This document shows positions 16,857 through 27,466 of a stretch of 58,149 nucleotides of DNA, in pieces (the stretch's first letter is position 1; every line of letters begins with the position of its first letter). This DNA is from a virus. Lineage: Duplodnaviria > Caudoviricetes. The position numbers and the translations under genes were made by a program. The notes under the pieces are model-generated. The model worked only from the letters and a program-made list of their open reading frames with translations, was not told the DNA's origin and searched no databases. The DNA lies in the IMG/VR virus record IMGVR_UViG_3300034351_000038, positions 1 through 58,149 of that record; one strand, given 5' to 3'.

Positions 16857-19800
16857 GTGAAAACTTTGGTGCTATCGTCAGTATTGATTTTGGTAATAGC
16901 AAGAAAAATACCGACAATTTGGTTGCAGCGCTACATAGCGCTGCGACCGCTATTTTTCAAATAGACAACGCAATAAAGGGGTTTACATCAACCTCTAAAA
17001 CACTGTCGTCTTCAATAAAAGACGTCAATAAGGAATTCAAGGGTATCTTAAGCGTCAATGGGAAATACCTTAGAACATTAGAGAAAAACAATATATTGAA
17101 CAACAAAGTGATCGCGGACAACAATAGTCTCGCGGGCACACTTAGGTCTGTAAATACAGAACTAAATTCTGTAAGTAAAAAGACAGCATCATATGATTCT
17201 AGTAACAGCAAAGTATCAAAGACTATCAGAACTGTTAATGCAGAGAACGAAAAATTGGCCATTAATATGGCTGGCAATGTTGTTGGTGCCTACATAAAGG
17301 CAAACACAGCAGCAAAAAATTATGGCATAAGTTCAAGTAAAATCTCAAGAACGATAAGGGAAGTATCATCTGATAATGCAAAACTTGGTTTAAATATCGC
17401 TGGTAATGTTGTTGGTGCATATACGAAGGCATCAGCAGCAGCAATATCATATGGCACAGCCAATAGTAGAATAGGAAAAACTATCCGCGCTGTTGCTAAA
17501 GAATCCAGGAAGTTAGGTATAACAGTTGCTGGTGATGTCGTTGGCTCATTTAAAAAGGCTGCTGTTGAAGCATATAATAAAAATCGTTCCCTTGAACAAC
17601 TCATAAAAGGATTCAAAAGATTAAATGTAAACATATTAACAAATGTTGCAGCGTTTAATAAATTAAAGAAAGCTGGAAGGATTGAGGGAATGTTTAGGTC
17701 TGCCAAATCATCAATGGGTGACTTTTTTGGAGGCTTAAAGGTTGGCCACGCACTTCTTAGAAGTGTTGCTTTTGGCATCATTGAATTGGGTAGGAGATTT
17801 TTGGCTTGGTCGTTTAATGTGCATAAGATCGCTTCTGATTTTCTAGGATTCAGAAATGCGATACAGGTTGCTACTGGCTCGTTAGAAGGGGCAAACAGTC
17901 AAATGCAATACGCAATAGGTGTTGCAAGAAAATACAAGGTAGATGTAGCAGAGACCACAAGGGCCTATTCAAAGTTTGTTAACGCCGTAACCCTTGCCAA
18001 TATACCATTGAGAGAGGCTAACAAAGAGTTTGCAATACTAGCGCAAGTAGGGCGTGTACTTAATATCTCTACAACCAACATGCGCGGACTATTCCTTGCC
18101 ATTGAACAAATGGCATCGAAGGGTTTTGTTTCACTTGAAGAATTAAGGAGACAGCTTGGTGAGCATTTGCCAGGCGCTGTTTCTATTGCTGCTAAGGCGT
18201 GGGGTAAATATATAAAGAGAACAATCAGTGTTGGCGAGTTCATGAAGATGGTTGAGAATCGCGCTGTTGAAACGACAAAGTTTTTGAAGCCGTTTACCCA
18301 AGAACTCGACAAGATGACAAAACCTCTTCTTGAACAATCTCTGAAGAAATCGTCTGCTGCTTTTGTTGATCTTAACAGCAGTGTTGAATTGCTTGGTGCA
18401 AACATAGGAACTACTTTACAACCAGCATTTACGGCGTTGGCAAATGGTCTCAATTACGTCGTTAAAACGTTTGGTCGCCTTTGGCCAGAGGCAGATCATT
18501 TGAAGGAGGCCTTAGAAGAGCAAATTGAATTGTTTGAATTAGCTGACAATAATACTGGTAAATATTCAGGCGCTATAGAGGAGTTGAAAAAGAAATTATC
18601 TAATTTAAACGAAACAATGGGTGATGTTTCAAAACAAACAGAAAGTTTTGGAGAGAAGATACTAGGTCTATCTATTTCGTTTCTTAGTTTATCGGCAGCA
18701 ACCGGAGGCGGTGGTTTTTCAACTTCTCTTGGCCATATGATAGGTTCTATGATAGGAGTAGAAGATTCATTAGGTTCTGCAACCAAAAAAGCAAAGTCAT
18801 TAGAAGAACAATTGAAATACACCGGCGTAAGTGCATCTGCAACAGCAGAACAAATAGAAGAATATGCATCAGCAATTGATAGTATAAGAAATCTTAATCC
18901 AGTAACTCAGTCTTTTGAAGTGTTGAAATTACAAGAAACAGGTGTTAAGGATGCAATTACTGATCTTGAAAAGACAAAAGCTAAATTCATAGAATTAAAG
19001 AATCAAGCAGAGATAACCTATGAAGAAGGTGGAGCTACAGCTTTAAAATATGCTGCTGCTATTAATTCTATCAACATCCAAATTGACAACCAAACACGGA
19101 AACTAAAGGGGCTTGGTGAACAACAAGATTGGATAAAGAATACATATAGTGGCATTGGTATGTCAAAAGAAGATTTAGACGAAGTAAATTTAATGTCTGA
19201 GAAGTTTGCTGAGATCAATGAAAGGATAGGGTTATTTGGAGAGACATCAACCGTAGCAGCAGTTAAATTTTGGGCATTTAAAAAAGGCCTTAAGATTAGT
19301 GATGGTGAATCTAAGGGGTTTTATAATGCATTGATTAATCGTGCAGCGATGTTCGATGACATAAAACTTGCTGACAAGATAAATAAAAAGATAGACGAGT
19401 TAAAAACAAAACTAAGACAAGGCGGAAACGAAACACAGTATGCTGCTGCAAAAGCTCTAATCTTAGCTGAGAATATTGACAAGAGTAAGCCAAGGGCAAA
19501 TGCATTGGTGAAAGAGTTATTGTCTGTCTCTAAAGCATTGGATAACGAAAAACTTATACAAGAAATGGATGACAGAATGAAGGAGTTTGCAGAAAGCTCA
19601 AAGAATGTTGGTTGGCACATACAAGAAGCAGCAGCTAACGCACTTCTCCTTGCTAACAACATCAAGCTTGGAGAAGATAGAGTTGGTAAAAAAGCTAATT
19701 TGTTTATTGAAGCTGCAAAGGCTAAAGATGAAGAGGAAGCAATAAAGAGGTTGACTGATAAGTTAGAAAGTCTTAATAACAAAACTAGCGAGTATGTAAA

Positions 19801-20782
19801 CAATGCAATAGAAGCAGAGACGAAAACCTGGCTTTTGAAAAATGGTTTTGAAGTTGGTGCAGATGCAGTTGGTAAGATTGCTGAAAAGATAATTAATGTT
19901 ACAAAAGAATTAGACAAGAACGCAATGATGGACGATTTTTCTAAATCTATCAACGGACTCAACGCTAATTTCGGTAGCCTAAGCGAAGAGCAAAACTTTG
20001 CTGCAGCAAAATCTCTTTTATTGGCGCACAACATTGACTTGAGTGATGATGCAGTAAGAGGGATGTCTGGCTCTCTGTCTGGTTTAAATTTAGATCTGGC
20101 TAATTTCTACAGAGGTGCAAATGAGGCTGCAGTCAGGGCTGAGATACTGAGAAGGGGTATAGATCTGAATTCAGAAGGTGCCGGTAAGATGGCAGCAGAA
20201 TATTTAAAGCTTGCCAAGGTTATTGATGACAGACAGACGTTCTTGAGCGCTGCAGAAAGGACGGCTAGATCGATAGAGGGAGCCTTCGCAGATTACTTAT
20301 TTGATCCGTTTGACAAGGGTGTAAAGGGAATGGTCCAGGCTATGAGCGATGCCATGAGAAGGATGGCAGCTGAAATGCTTGCTCACCAAGTTATGAAGAC
20401 GGTGACTAGCTTCATATCTGGTACCAGTTCAGGAGGGTCCGCTGGTGGTGGTGGCGATGCATCTAGTTTATTTGCGGCCATAGCATCTGCTTTTGTATCT
20501 GGTGGTACACCAACCCCAATGGCAACTGGTGGTCCAGTTAGCGCTGGAACCCCATACTGGGTTGGTGAGACAGGTACAAAAGAACTATTTGTTCCAAACC
20601 AAAATGGCGAGATCATAACGAAGAGAAATGTTGAGAAACAAGAAGGTAGAGATTCCAGCGACACATATGTGATTAATATGAACATAACAGGCGTCACAAA
20701 CCCACGCGAGTTCTTGGCTAGTGAAGCACAGTTGACCGGTAGGTTGGTTGAAGCCATAAAGGCGAGAACGAGGAGAAAATAA
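16853..20782 (+). CDS. tail tape measure protein
   Basis: 1309 aa, helical; QMASKG.VS.EELR.QLGE.LPGA tape-measure motif; ATGGPV..G.PYWVGE.G.ELFVP C-terminus. Confidence 0.92.
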   Translation: MSENFGAIVSIDFGNSKKNTDNLVAALHSAATAIFQIDNAIKGFTSTSKTLSSSIKDVNKEFKGILSVNGKYLRTLEKNNILNNKVIADNNSLAGTLRSVNTELNSVSKKTASYDSSNSKVSKTIRTVNAENEKLAINMAGNVVGAYIKANTAAKNYGISSSKISRTIREVSSDNAKLGLNIAGNVVGAYTKASAAAISYGTANSRIGKTIRAVAKESRKLGITVAGDVVGSFKKAAVEAYNKNRSLEQLIKGFKRLNVNILTNVAAFNKLKKAGRIEGMFRSAKSSMGDFFGGLKVGHALLRSVAFGIIELGRRFLAWSFNVHKIASDFLGFRNAIQVATGSLEGANSQMQYAIGVARKYKVDVAETTRAYSKFVNAVTLANIPLREANKEFAILAQVGRVLNISTTNMRGLFLAIEQMASKGFVSLEELRRQLGEHLPGAVSIAAKAWGKYIKRTISVGEFMKMVENRAVETTKFLKPFTQELDKMTKPLLEQSLKKSSAAFVDLNSSVELLGANIGTTLQPAFTALANGLNYVVKTFGRLWPEADHLKEALEEQIELFELADNNTGKYSGAIEELKKKLSNLNETMGDVSKQTESFGEKILGLSISFLSLSAATGGGGFSTSLGHMIGSMIGVEDSLGSATKKAKSLEEQLKYTGVSASATAEQIEEYASAIDSIRNLNPVTQSFEVLKLQETGVKDAITDLEKTKAKFIELKNQAEITYEEGGATALKYAAAINSINIQIDNQTRKLKGLGEQQDWIKNTYSGIGMSKEDLDEVNLMSEKFAEINERIGLFGETSTVAAVKFWAFKKGLKISDGESKGFYNALINRAAMFDDIKLADKINKKIDELKTKLRQGGNETQYAAAKALILAENIDKSKPRANALVKELLSVSKALDNEKLIQEMDDRMKEFAESSKNVGWHIQEAAANALLLANNIKLGEDRVGKKANLFIEAAKAKDEEEAIKRLTDKLESLNNKTSEYVNNAIEAETKTWLLKNGFEVGADAVGKIAEKIINVTKELDKNAMMDDFSKSINGLNANFGSLSEEQNFAAAKSLLLAHNIDLSDDAVRGMSGSLSGLNLDLANFYRGANEAAVRAEILRRGIDLNSEGAGKMAAEYLKLAKVIDDRQTFLSAAERTARSIEGAFADYLFDPFDKGVKGMVQAMSDAMRRMAAEMLAHQVMKTVTSFISGTSSGGSAGGGGDASSLFAAIASAFVSGGTPTPMATGGPVSAGTPYWVGETGTKELFVPNQNGEIITKRNVEKQEGRDSSDTYVINMNITGVTNPREFLASEAQLTGRLVEAIKARTRRK
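17216..17570 (+). repeat. three 129-bp (43-aa) repeats in the tape measure N-terminus
   Basis: AG(N/D)VVG recurring at a 129-bp period (17270, 17399, 17528). Confidence 0.75.
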
Positions 20783-20783
20783 A

Positions 20784-21419
20784 ATGGCGTTTTTAACAGA
20801 GCGTTTCCCAGTCAACATCTCTTATGGCAGTTCTGGTGGGCCAGGCTACAAAACAAAGATTGTTGAAAGCCCTAGTGGATTCGAGTACAGAAACCAGAAC
20901 TGGAGCAAGGCGAGGCATAAATACAACGCAGCAACAGGCATCCAAAAAGCGGACGATCTTGATGCCCTTGTTGCGTTCTTCCATCTTGCTGCTGGGAGGG
21001 CTAACTCGTTTGGTTTCAAGGATTGGGCAGATTACAAAACTTGTGCCACAAGTCAACAGGTTCAGAACGACGATCAGGTTCTTGTGGCTTCTGCTACGGG
21101 TGGCGAACAACAGATACAGCTATTCAAAACATACACTGTGGGGGCAATATCTTCAAACAGGGATATTATCTTGCCCGTAAACGGAACTGTTTTAATAGCC
21201 CTAAATACGGTACAATTGACTGAAACAACAGATTATTCTATCAATTACACCACGGGTTTGTTGTCACTTGTAGTTCCATTAGGAGTGGGCGATCTGCTCA
21301 CTGCTGGTTTTGAATTTGATGTGCTGTGTAGATTTGGAGTAGATGAGCTGTCGCTCTCATTTGATGCCTACAGGGTTAATTCAACTACCGTGCCAATCTT
21401 GGAGGTTCGCGAACAATGA
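20784..21419 (+). CDS. distal tail protein (DUF2460/TIGR02217 family)
   Basis: RFP..ISYGS.GGP...SG.E.RN..W, F.FKDW.D, TAGFEFDV..RF. Confidence 0.9.
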   Translation: MAFLTERFPVNISYGSSGGPGYKTKIVESPSGFEYRNQNWSKARHKYNAATGIQKADDLDALVAFFHLAAGRANSFGFKDWADYKTCATSQQVQNDDQVLVASATGGEQQIQLFKTYTVGAISSNRDIILPVNGTVLIALNTVQLTETTDYSINYTTGLLSLVVPLGVGDLLTAGFEFDVLCRFGVDELSLSFDAYRVNSTTVPILEVREQ

Positions 21420-22189
21420 GTACAGACGCCACATGCTGGAAAATAACCAGAGCAGATTCTACTGTTTTGGGTTTTACAGATCATGATCAGGATTTACTTA
21501 TTGACAGTGTTAATTATTTGGCTTCCGTTGGATATTCTCCTTCGGCTATTGAGCATGACAATATTGGTTCGAGTCATAGTATGGAGGTTTCAGGGGTCGT
21601 TAATTTTTCAGGGATATCAGAAGACGACCTAAGAGCAGGGCTTTTTGATTACGCCACCATTGAGTGTTTCAAGGTAAATTGGTCAACATTGCTTGACAAG
21701 GTGGTATTGGTTAAGGGGTGGCTTGGTCAGGTATCGATAGGTGACGGTGTGTTTAACGCAGATCTGAAGGGTCTGTCACACAAACTCCACAACAACATTG
21801 GTGAGCAATATATGCCAACGTGTGCTGCTCAGCTTGGAGATACTAGGTGTGGCCTAACGATCACACCAGTTAACTTCACCGTCACCGCCAGCGGGACACA
21901 GAGGACTTTCACGGCATCTGGCCTTACACAGCCAGATGACTTTTTTAAGGGTGGTATTGTAACCTTCACTAGTGGAGCCAATGACACATATTCTATGGAT
22001 GTCAAGGAGTTTTCTGCTGGAGTGGTTGAACTCTATGAGCCCCTTCCTAATCAGATTCTTATTGGCGTTACCGGCACCATAACACAGGGATGTGACGGTA
22101 CCATCGGAACATGTGAAACAGTATTTGATAATGTTGTGAATTTTAGAGGATTCCCACATTTACCAGGTATAGGAGAGTTAGTGAGATGA
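21416..22189 (+). CDS. baseplate hub (DUF2163/BR0599 family)
   Basis: CW.I.R.D...LGFTDHD.DL, C.A.LGD.RC, GCD....C...F.N..NFRGFPHLPG. Confidence 0.9.
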   Translation: MSTDATCWKITRADSTVLGFTDHDQDLLIDSVNYLASVGYSPSAIEHDNIGSSHSMEVSGVVNFSGISEDDLRAGLFDYATIECFKVNWSTLLDKVVLVKGWLGQVSIGDGVFNADLKGLSHKLHNNIGEQYMPTCAAQLGDTRCGLTITPVNFTVTASGTQRTFTASGLTQPDDFFKGGIVTFTSGANDTYSMDVKEFSAGVVELYEPLPNQILIGVTGTITQGCDGTIGTCETVFDNVVNFRGFPHLPGIGELVR

Positions 22190-22599
22190 TCACCGCACAA
22201 GAATTCATTGATGAGGCAGAAACCTGGATAGGAACAAAATTCATGCATCAAGGAAGAGTAAAGGGGGTCGGTGTTGATTGTTATGGTCTAGTTATTGAGG
22301 TAGCAAGACATTTTAACCTGACAACCTTCAAATCTGGCGCTTATGGAAGACAACCAAAAGCAGATGTGATGTGGGCTGCCCTAAGAACACACATGGTTGA
22401 AGTAGACAAAGAAAATCTTATACCAGGAACAGTTTTATTTATGGCCTTTGAGAGAGATCCACAGCATCTGGCTATTTTTGATGGCAAGAACATAATTCAT
22501 GCTTACGCATTTGCGAGAAAGGTCGTTAAACACAGATTCGACTCACAATGGAAGGCAAGGGTTCGTGGAGCATTCCAATTTAAAGGAGTGCAGTACTAA
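22186..22599 (+). CDS. NlpC/P60 tail peptidase, copy 1
   Basis: WIGT.F.HQGR.KGVGVDCxGL...H.AI...IIHA. Confidence 0.9.
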   Translation: MITAQEFIDEAETWIGTKFMHQGRVKGVGVDCYGLVIEVARHFNLTTFKSGAYGRQPKADVMWAALRTHMVEVDKENLIPGTVLFMAFERDPQHLAIFDGKNIIHAYAFARKVVKHRFDSQWKARVRGAFQFKGVQY

Positions 22600-23012
22600 T
22601 GATCACTGCACAAGAAATTATCAAAGAAGCAGAGACTTGGTTAGGCACAAAATACATGCGTAAGGGAAGAATAAAGGGAGTTGGTGTTGATTGTTGTGGT
22701 CTCATTATTGAAGTAGCAAGATATTTAAATATTACAAAATCTATTTATGTCGATTATAAAAGACGATCAGATCCAGATATGATATGGGATACACTAAGAA
22801 AACATATGGTTGAAGTAGACAAAGAAAAACTTATGCCTGGAACAGTTTTACTTATGGAGTTTTGTGGAATCCAACACCACTTGGCTATTTTTGATGGCGA
22901 GAATATAATTCATGCCTCAATCACTAGAAAAAAGGTAACCAAACATAAATTCGACTCAGAATGGAAGGCAAGTGTCTGTGGGGCGTTTCAGTTTAGAGGA
23001 GTACAGTACTAA
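22599..23012 (+). CDS. NlpC/P60 tail peptidase, copy 2 (tandem duplicate)
   Basis: Same length (137 aa) and motifs as copy 1; Cys/His/His retained. Confidence 0.9.
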   Translation: MITAQEIIKEAETWLGTKYMRKGRIKGVGVDCCGLIIEVARYLNITKSIYVDYKRRSDPDMIWDTLRKHMVEVDKEKLMPGTVLLMEFCGIQHHLAIFDGENIIHASITRKKVTKHKFDSEWKASVCGAFQFRGVQY

Positions 23013-26000
23013 TGGCCGTTTTAGCTGTCGCTGCTGTTGGCTCTGCTGCGTTTAGCGCCGCAGGCATAGCTTGGTTCGGTATGTCTGCAGCTGCCACAGG
23101 GTGGACTGTGGGCTCGCTCATAGGTGGGTATTTATTCCGCCCGGATGTTCCAGATGTGAACAATGTTGGTCCTAGACTGGATGATTTGCGTGTTACGACG
23201 TCTTCTTATGGCGTAGCCAGACCATTTGGATACGGAACGTATCCTGTAGCAGGTAATATCATAGCCTCATCTGATATACGAGAATCATCGCACACAGACA
23301 TTCAAAGAAGTGGTGGTAAAGGTGGTGGTGGACAGAAAACCAAAACCACAACCTACTCATACTCTGCTGATATTGCGCTTGGTCTTGGGTATGGAGAGAT
23401 AGGCGACGTACTTCTCATATACGCAAACGAAACTTTGATTTATGATGCAGAGTCGTCAGGGGCTACCTTCGCGGATTATTTTTCAATGAAGATTTACAAG
23501 GGAGATGAAACACAGGAGCCAGATCCGACACTTCAGAGTATTTTTGGTACTGCAACACCAGGATATAGGGGTGAAGCCTATATAGTTTTTGTTGATCTAC
23601 AACTTGCGTCTTTTGGTAACAGTATACCTGCATTTAGGGTAGTTGTTGCTAAAAACGTACAAGATGTAGCTGATACTAGTGCCACAGACGAAAAAAGTTA
23701 TTTGTGTGAAACAGATTACAGCTCTAGTAGAACTACTATGGTTAAAGGTGAAACGGGGTTGATATATGTTGCTTATGGGGGAGGTGCATCTGCATATCAT
23801 GATAAACTTATGTGTGCTGTTGATCCAGCCACTATGGAAACAAAATTTGTCGTAGGGCAAACAACTGATAAACCTGGCACTGGTAATCTAAAAAATTGCA
23901 AATGTGTACATTATTGCCATATGAATTTTGGTACATCTTTAATACCAAAATATAAACCTGTAATTGTTACTAAAGTTAACGACAATACACATTCTTATAT
24001 AGCAATTATTAATCCATATAATGGTTCATATTACGGACTTATAGATCTCTCAAGCGTATTACCACCAATATACGAATATCATAGTCTATACAACAGAAGA
24101 GTCTCACTTGCTGGTGGTGAGATAACCATAACTGTAATTGATTGTAACAATCTTTGGGAGGCTTCAAAACATAGTATTGATGTTTCATATCCACTTGATT
24201 GTGGTGTACCACAAGCGATAAAAAAAATGGATTCCTCTGGTGCCATTATTATGGGGATTATTAATGTTCCTGGAGAACCAATATCAAACGGCGTTTCTTG
24301 GGTAAGCGACCCCGGCGGGTTTATGTATGACGCTTACTTACCAAGAGTATACGAGATACAGGGGCTTACATATGATTCTCGTCGTGATTTAGTGTGGGTA
24401 ACACAATATGATACAGTTACAACACACCAGTATCTTTCAGCTTTCGATATGGATGGAAATCTTGTACATGATTTAAACTTGACAGTTGATTATGGTATGC
24501 CTGCAGATGAGAGACTTTTTGACAACATTTCTTACGGTACTTATGAGGGGGAAATGGCATATTATGATGAAATAACATCTACAATCTTGTACCCTGGGAA
24601 AATCCCACAGTATGCAACCGACTCAACTAGATGGATGTTCGATACGATTAAACTTGAACTTACTCAAGTAGAAATGCTTGGAAGGTTATATTATAAAGAT
24701 CTTCTTTATGACGGTACAGTAAACAAGGCATTTGCTCTTGATTATATTTGGAAGGATTCTACGTCAAGTTGGTGGGTCTCACTAAGATACAAAAAAATTC
24801 ATCAAATCGAAAGTCTCCCTGAATCATTAGATGTAGTTGTGTCTGATATATGTCTTAGGGCTGGATATGATGCATCTGAAATAGACGTAACTGATTTAGC
24901 AGGAATCAATGTTGAAGGATATAGAATAGCTCGTCTTGGTACTGCATACGATTTATTACAGCCTTTGACTTCATCGTATTTCTTTGATGTGATCGATGAC
25001 GGCAATAAACTTACCTTTACTCGTCATGGGCAGGGTACACCAGTTGGTATATATGAAAATGAACTTGGATGCGCAGCTGAAGGTGATGTAAACAATAAAG
25101 TTACTATAAATAAGGCGAGTAGAGAGGAGCTTCCGTCTTGTGTTAGTGTAACTTATATGGATAGAGAGAAATTTTATGAGAACAATACACAGTTGGTTTA
25201 CAGAAGAATCAGCTCGCATAAAAATTTACAGGATGTTCAATTAGCACTTGCGTTTACTGCGAATGAAGCAAAGAGAATAGCAGATTCTATTTTGCATGTT
25301 GTTAATGTAGAATCAGAGGTTTACACAATACACTTGCCTCCTCATTACATAAATATCCGCTGTGGTGACATAGTTACGTTTACAAGTGAAAATGTAACAT
25401 ATGTTGGTAGAGTAGTTAATACAACATACGAAAGTGGATTTGTAACTGTAAAGGCTGTGAAGTATGATTCAACTGTTAGAACGTCAACTGCAACTGGAGG
25501 AAGCGCTCTTCCAGGAACATCTGTTATGCAGGTTTCAACCTCAACGGCTCTTGTTATGATGGATCTACCTGCTATAAACAGTGTGACGGCTTGTACGGGT
25601 TTGGTTTTTGCCTCTGGTTCGTATGGTGCAAACTGGCCCGGTGGAACATTATACAAAGCTGCTACTGATGATGATCCAAAACAAATAGACAGCCTTGTGC
25701 ATTCTACTTTTGGTATGGTTGTGACTATCCCAACACAAGTTAGTCATAATGTTTGGGACAACAAAAACATATTGACTGTTAATATGATAAGTGGGACACT
25801 AGAAAGCATAACAGAGACGCAGACTTGTAATAATCTTAATGTTGCAGCTTGGGGTAAAGATGGTAGATGGGAAATCGTAGCTTTCCAAAACGCGGTTCTT
25901 CAGGCTGATGGTAGTTATCAAGTAAGTAAAATGATAAGAGGTCTTAGGTTTACAACCGAATGGATGGATACACACGATGTGAATGATTATTTCGTTTTGC

Positions 26001-26503
26001 TTACTGGGTCGATTGGTTGGCATCAAATGGAAAATTCTGAGATAGGAACAGCTTATGATTTTATTGGTGTTACTTATGGAAAGTTTTTGAATAGCCCAGA
26101 TAATGAGGTAGTAACAGCTACGTCGCAAGGGCTTGGTATTAAACCAGTTCCTCCAATAATTAAAGCTGGGATTATGTATACCAATTATTGGTTAGGGTAT
26201 TTTTTTAAAACAAGTAGATTCACTGCTCCTATGCTTCACGCCCCACTAGTAAGCGACAATGAATACGAGGCAGACATATGGTATAATGGTTCATTAGTAA
26301 GGACGATAACAACAACCGCGACGCCAAATGGAACAAAAATGTATATTAGTTCACCACAATATATTATGTATGACGAAACAGATATGGCTAACGATGGAAT
26401 CCCACTTAATGGCCAATTCTATGTTTATCTTTATCAAATATCTTCAATCATACCTGGGTGGCGTAGTACACCAGATATTCTTCTAACAATGAGGACTCAG
26501 TAA
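23012..26503 (+). CDS. central tail/baseplate protein (GTA megatron-like) with a large variable insertion
   Basis: GPRL.DL.V..S.YG...P..YG, Y.G.E.Q.PDP, PGYRG.AY.VF.DL.L..FGN.IP, WEI..F..A, RG.R.T motifs. Confidence 0.85.
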   Translation: MAVLAVAAVGSAAFSAAGIAWFGMSAAATGWTVGSLIGGYLFRPDVPDVNNVGPRLDDLRVTTSSYGVARPFGYGTYPVAGNIIASSDIRESSHTDIQRSGGKGGGGQKTKTTTYSYSADIALGLGYGEIGDVLLIYANETLIYDAESSGATFADYFSMKIYKGDETQEPDPTLQSIFGTATPGYRGEAYIVFVDLQLASFGNSIPAFRVVVAKNVQDVADTSATDEKSYLCETDYSSSRTTMVKGETGLIYVAYGGGASAYHDKLMCAVDPATMETKFVVGQTTDKPGTGNLKNCKCVHYCHMNFGTSLIPKYKPVIVTKVNDNTHSYIAIINPYNGSYYGLIDLSSVLPPIYEYHSLYNRRVSLAGGEITITVIDCNNLWEASKHSIDVSYPLDCGVPQAIKKMDSSGAIIMGIINVPGEPISNGVSWVSDPGGFMYDAYLPRVYEIQGLTYDSRRDLVWVTQYDTVTTHQYLSAFDMDGNLVHDLNLTVDYGMPADERLFDNISYGTYEGEMAYYDEITSTILYPGKIPQYATDSTRWMFDTIKLELTQVEMLGRLYYKDLLYDGTVNKAFALDYIWKDSTSSWWVSLRYKKIHQIESLPESLDVVVSDICLRAGYDASEIDVTDLAGINVEGYRIARLGTAYDLLQPLTSSYFFDVIDDGNKLTFTRHGQGTPVGIYENELGCAAEGDVNNKVTINKASREELPSCVSVTYMDREKFYENNTQLVYRRISSHKNLQDVQLALAFTANEAKRIADSILHVVNVESEVYTIHLPPHYINIRCGDIVTFTSENVTYVGRVVNTTYESGFVTVKAVKYDSTVRTSTATGGSALPGTSVMQVSTSTALVMMDLPAINSVTACTGLVFASGSYGANWPGGTLYKAATDDDPKQIDSLVHSTFGMVVTIPTQVSHNVWDNKNILTVNMISGTLESITETQTCNNLNVAAWGKDGRWEIVAFQNAVLQADGSYQVSKMIRGLRFTTEWMDTHDVNDYFVLLTGSIGWHQMENSEIGTAYDFIGVTYGKFLNSPDNEVVTATSQGLGIKPVPPIIKAGIMYTNYWLGYFFKTSRFTAPMLHAPLVSDNEYEADIWYNGSLVRTITTTATPNGTKMYISSPQYIMYDETDMANDGIPLNGQFYVYLYQISSIIPGWRSTPDILLTMRTQ

Positions 26504-26850
26504 TGGCACAAGGTTTACAAGCATCACAACAGAATCCTGAGGTCGTAGTTAATAGTATGATCTTTGGTATGGCAACCCTAGATGTGACAGGAGGGTCAGA
26601 TTACACAATATCAGACGATGAGTTCAACAACGCCATTTTTAGATGTACTGGAGCACTAACAGCGGACATAAATATCATTGTACCTGGCGGAATATATGGT
26701 CCTAAGATATATCATTTTTTAAACAAAACAACTGGTGCATATACCATAACTGTAAAACATGCGACAGGAACAGGAGGAACTGTACCACAAGGAGGAACCG
26801 CTATTTTTTTATGTGATGAAGACAGCACAGTAGTTTATAAAATTGTGTAA
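26503..26850 (+). CDS. short tail-fibre-like protein
   Basis: LQASQQNPEVVVN N-terminus resembling DUF2793 adaptors; N.TTG.Y.ITVK motif. Confidence 0.55.
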   Translation: MAQGLQASQQNPEVVVNSMIFGMATLDVTGGSDYTISDDEFNNAIFRCTGALTADINIIVPGGIYGPKIYHFLNKTTGAYTITVKHATGTGGTVPQGGTAIFLCDEDSTVVYKIV

Positions 26851-26884
26851 AAAAGAAGGGGCTCAATAAGAGCCCCTTTTCTTT
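26851..26884. terminator. bidirectional intrinsic terminator
   Basis: AAAAGAAGGGGCTC-AATAA-GAGCCCCTTTTCTTT between convergent operons. Confidence 0.9.
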
Positions 26885-27089
26885 ATGTGCGCATCTCTAT
26901 TGATAGAGAGTTGAATCCAATAGGTGTCAATACAATATCGTTTCCTACTATTTCTATCATCTTCATATGAAGCAAATCATCAAGAAGCCCCTTTGCATTC
27001 CTATCAAAATACATTTCGAAGTCGTCTACATTAGGTGTCTTGCCTGCTTTAATCAAATTAAGTGCAGTTGAGTACCTTGATCTCATCAT
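26883..27089 (-). CDS. hypothetical protein, winged-helix-like
   Basis: L.DL....MIE......LT..G pattern; ATGA overlap. Confidence 0.55.
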   Translation of the reverse strand: MMRSRYSTALNLIKAGKTPNVDDFEMYFDRNAKGLLDDLLHMKMIEIVGNDIVLTPIGFNSLSIEMRT

Positions 27090-27466
27090 ATCTTTTTCCC
27101 CCCTTCCTTAATTCTGTTTTCAATCTTATGATCTGCCCTATTCCTGTTATACTCAACCTTTTCCCTAATAGCACCCGCGAGATCCAGCCCCTCTGCACCA
27201 GCTGTGTCAAAGATCCTAATCACTGCGTCAGCCAGTTCAACCTCTACACCACTCCTGTGCGGCAAATGATCATCCATAGTGTTCTTTCTATATGATTCCA
27301 ATGCCTCTGAAAGTTCAGAATGCATAAGGGCAATGGCTTCTCCAAAGTTGCGATGTTTTCTCTCGCCGGTTTTCAGATCTGTATGCCACCCAGCATCAAC
27401 AGCAGCACCGTGAATTAACCTCTGAACCTCAGTGAGCATCTGCTCGTGTAATTGAGATATCATCAT
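27086..27466 (-). CDS. MazG-like nucleotide pyrophosphohydrolase
   Basis: ALMHSELSEALE...EVELADAVIRIFD...EK..YN..R motifs. Confidence 0.85.
   Translation of the reverse strand: MMISQLHEQMLTEVQRLIHGAAVDAGWHTDLKTGERKHRNFGEAIALMHSELSEALESYRKNTMDDHLPHRSGVEVELADAVIRIFDTAGAEGLDLAGAIREKVEYNRNRADHKIENRIKEGGKKI

Noticed and set aside
22083-22094. CAC-AGGGAT-GTG CsrA-like hairpin in the hub gene
   Set aside because: Only a 3-bp stem, and it encodes the conserved QGCD protein motif, so it is probably coincidental.
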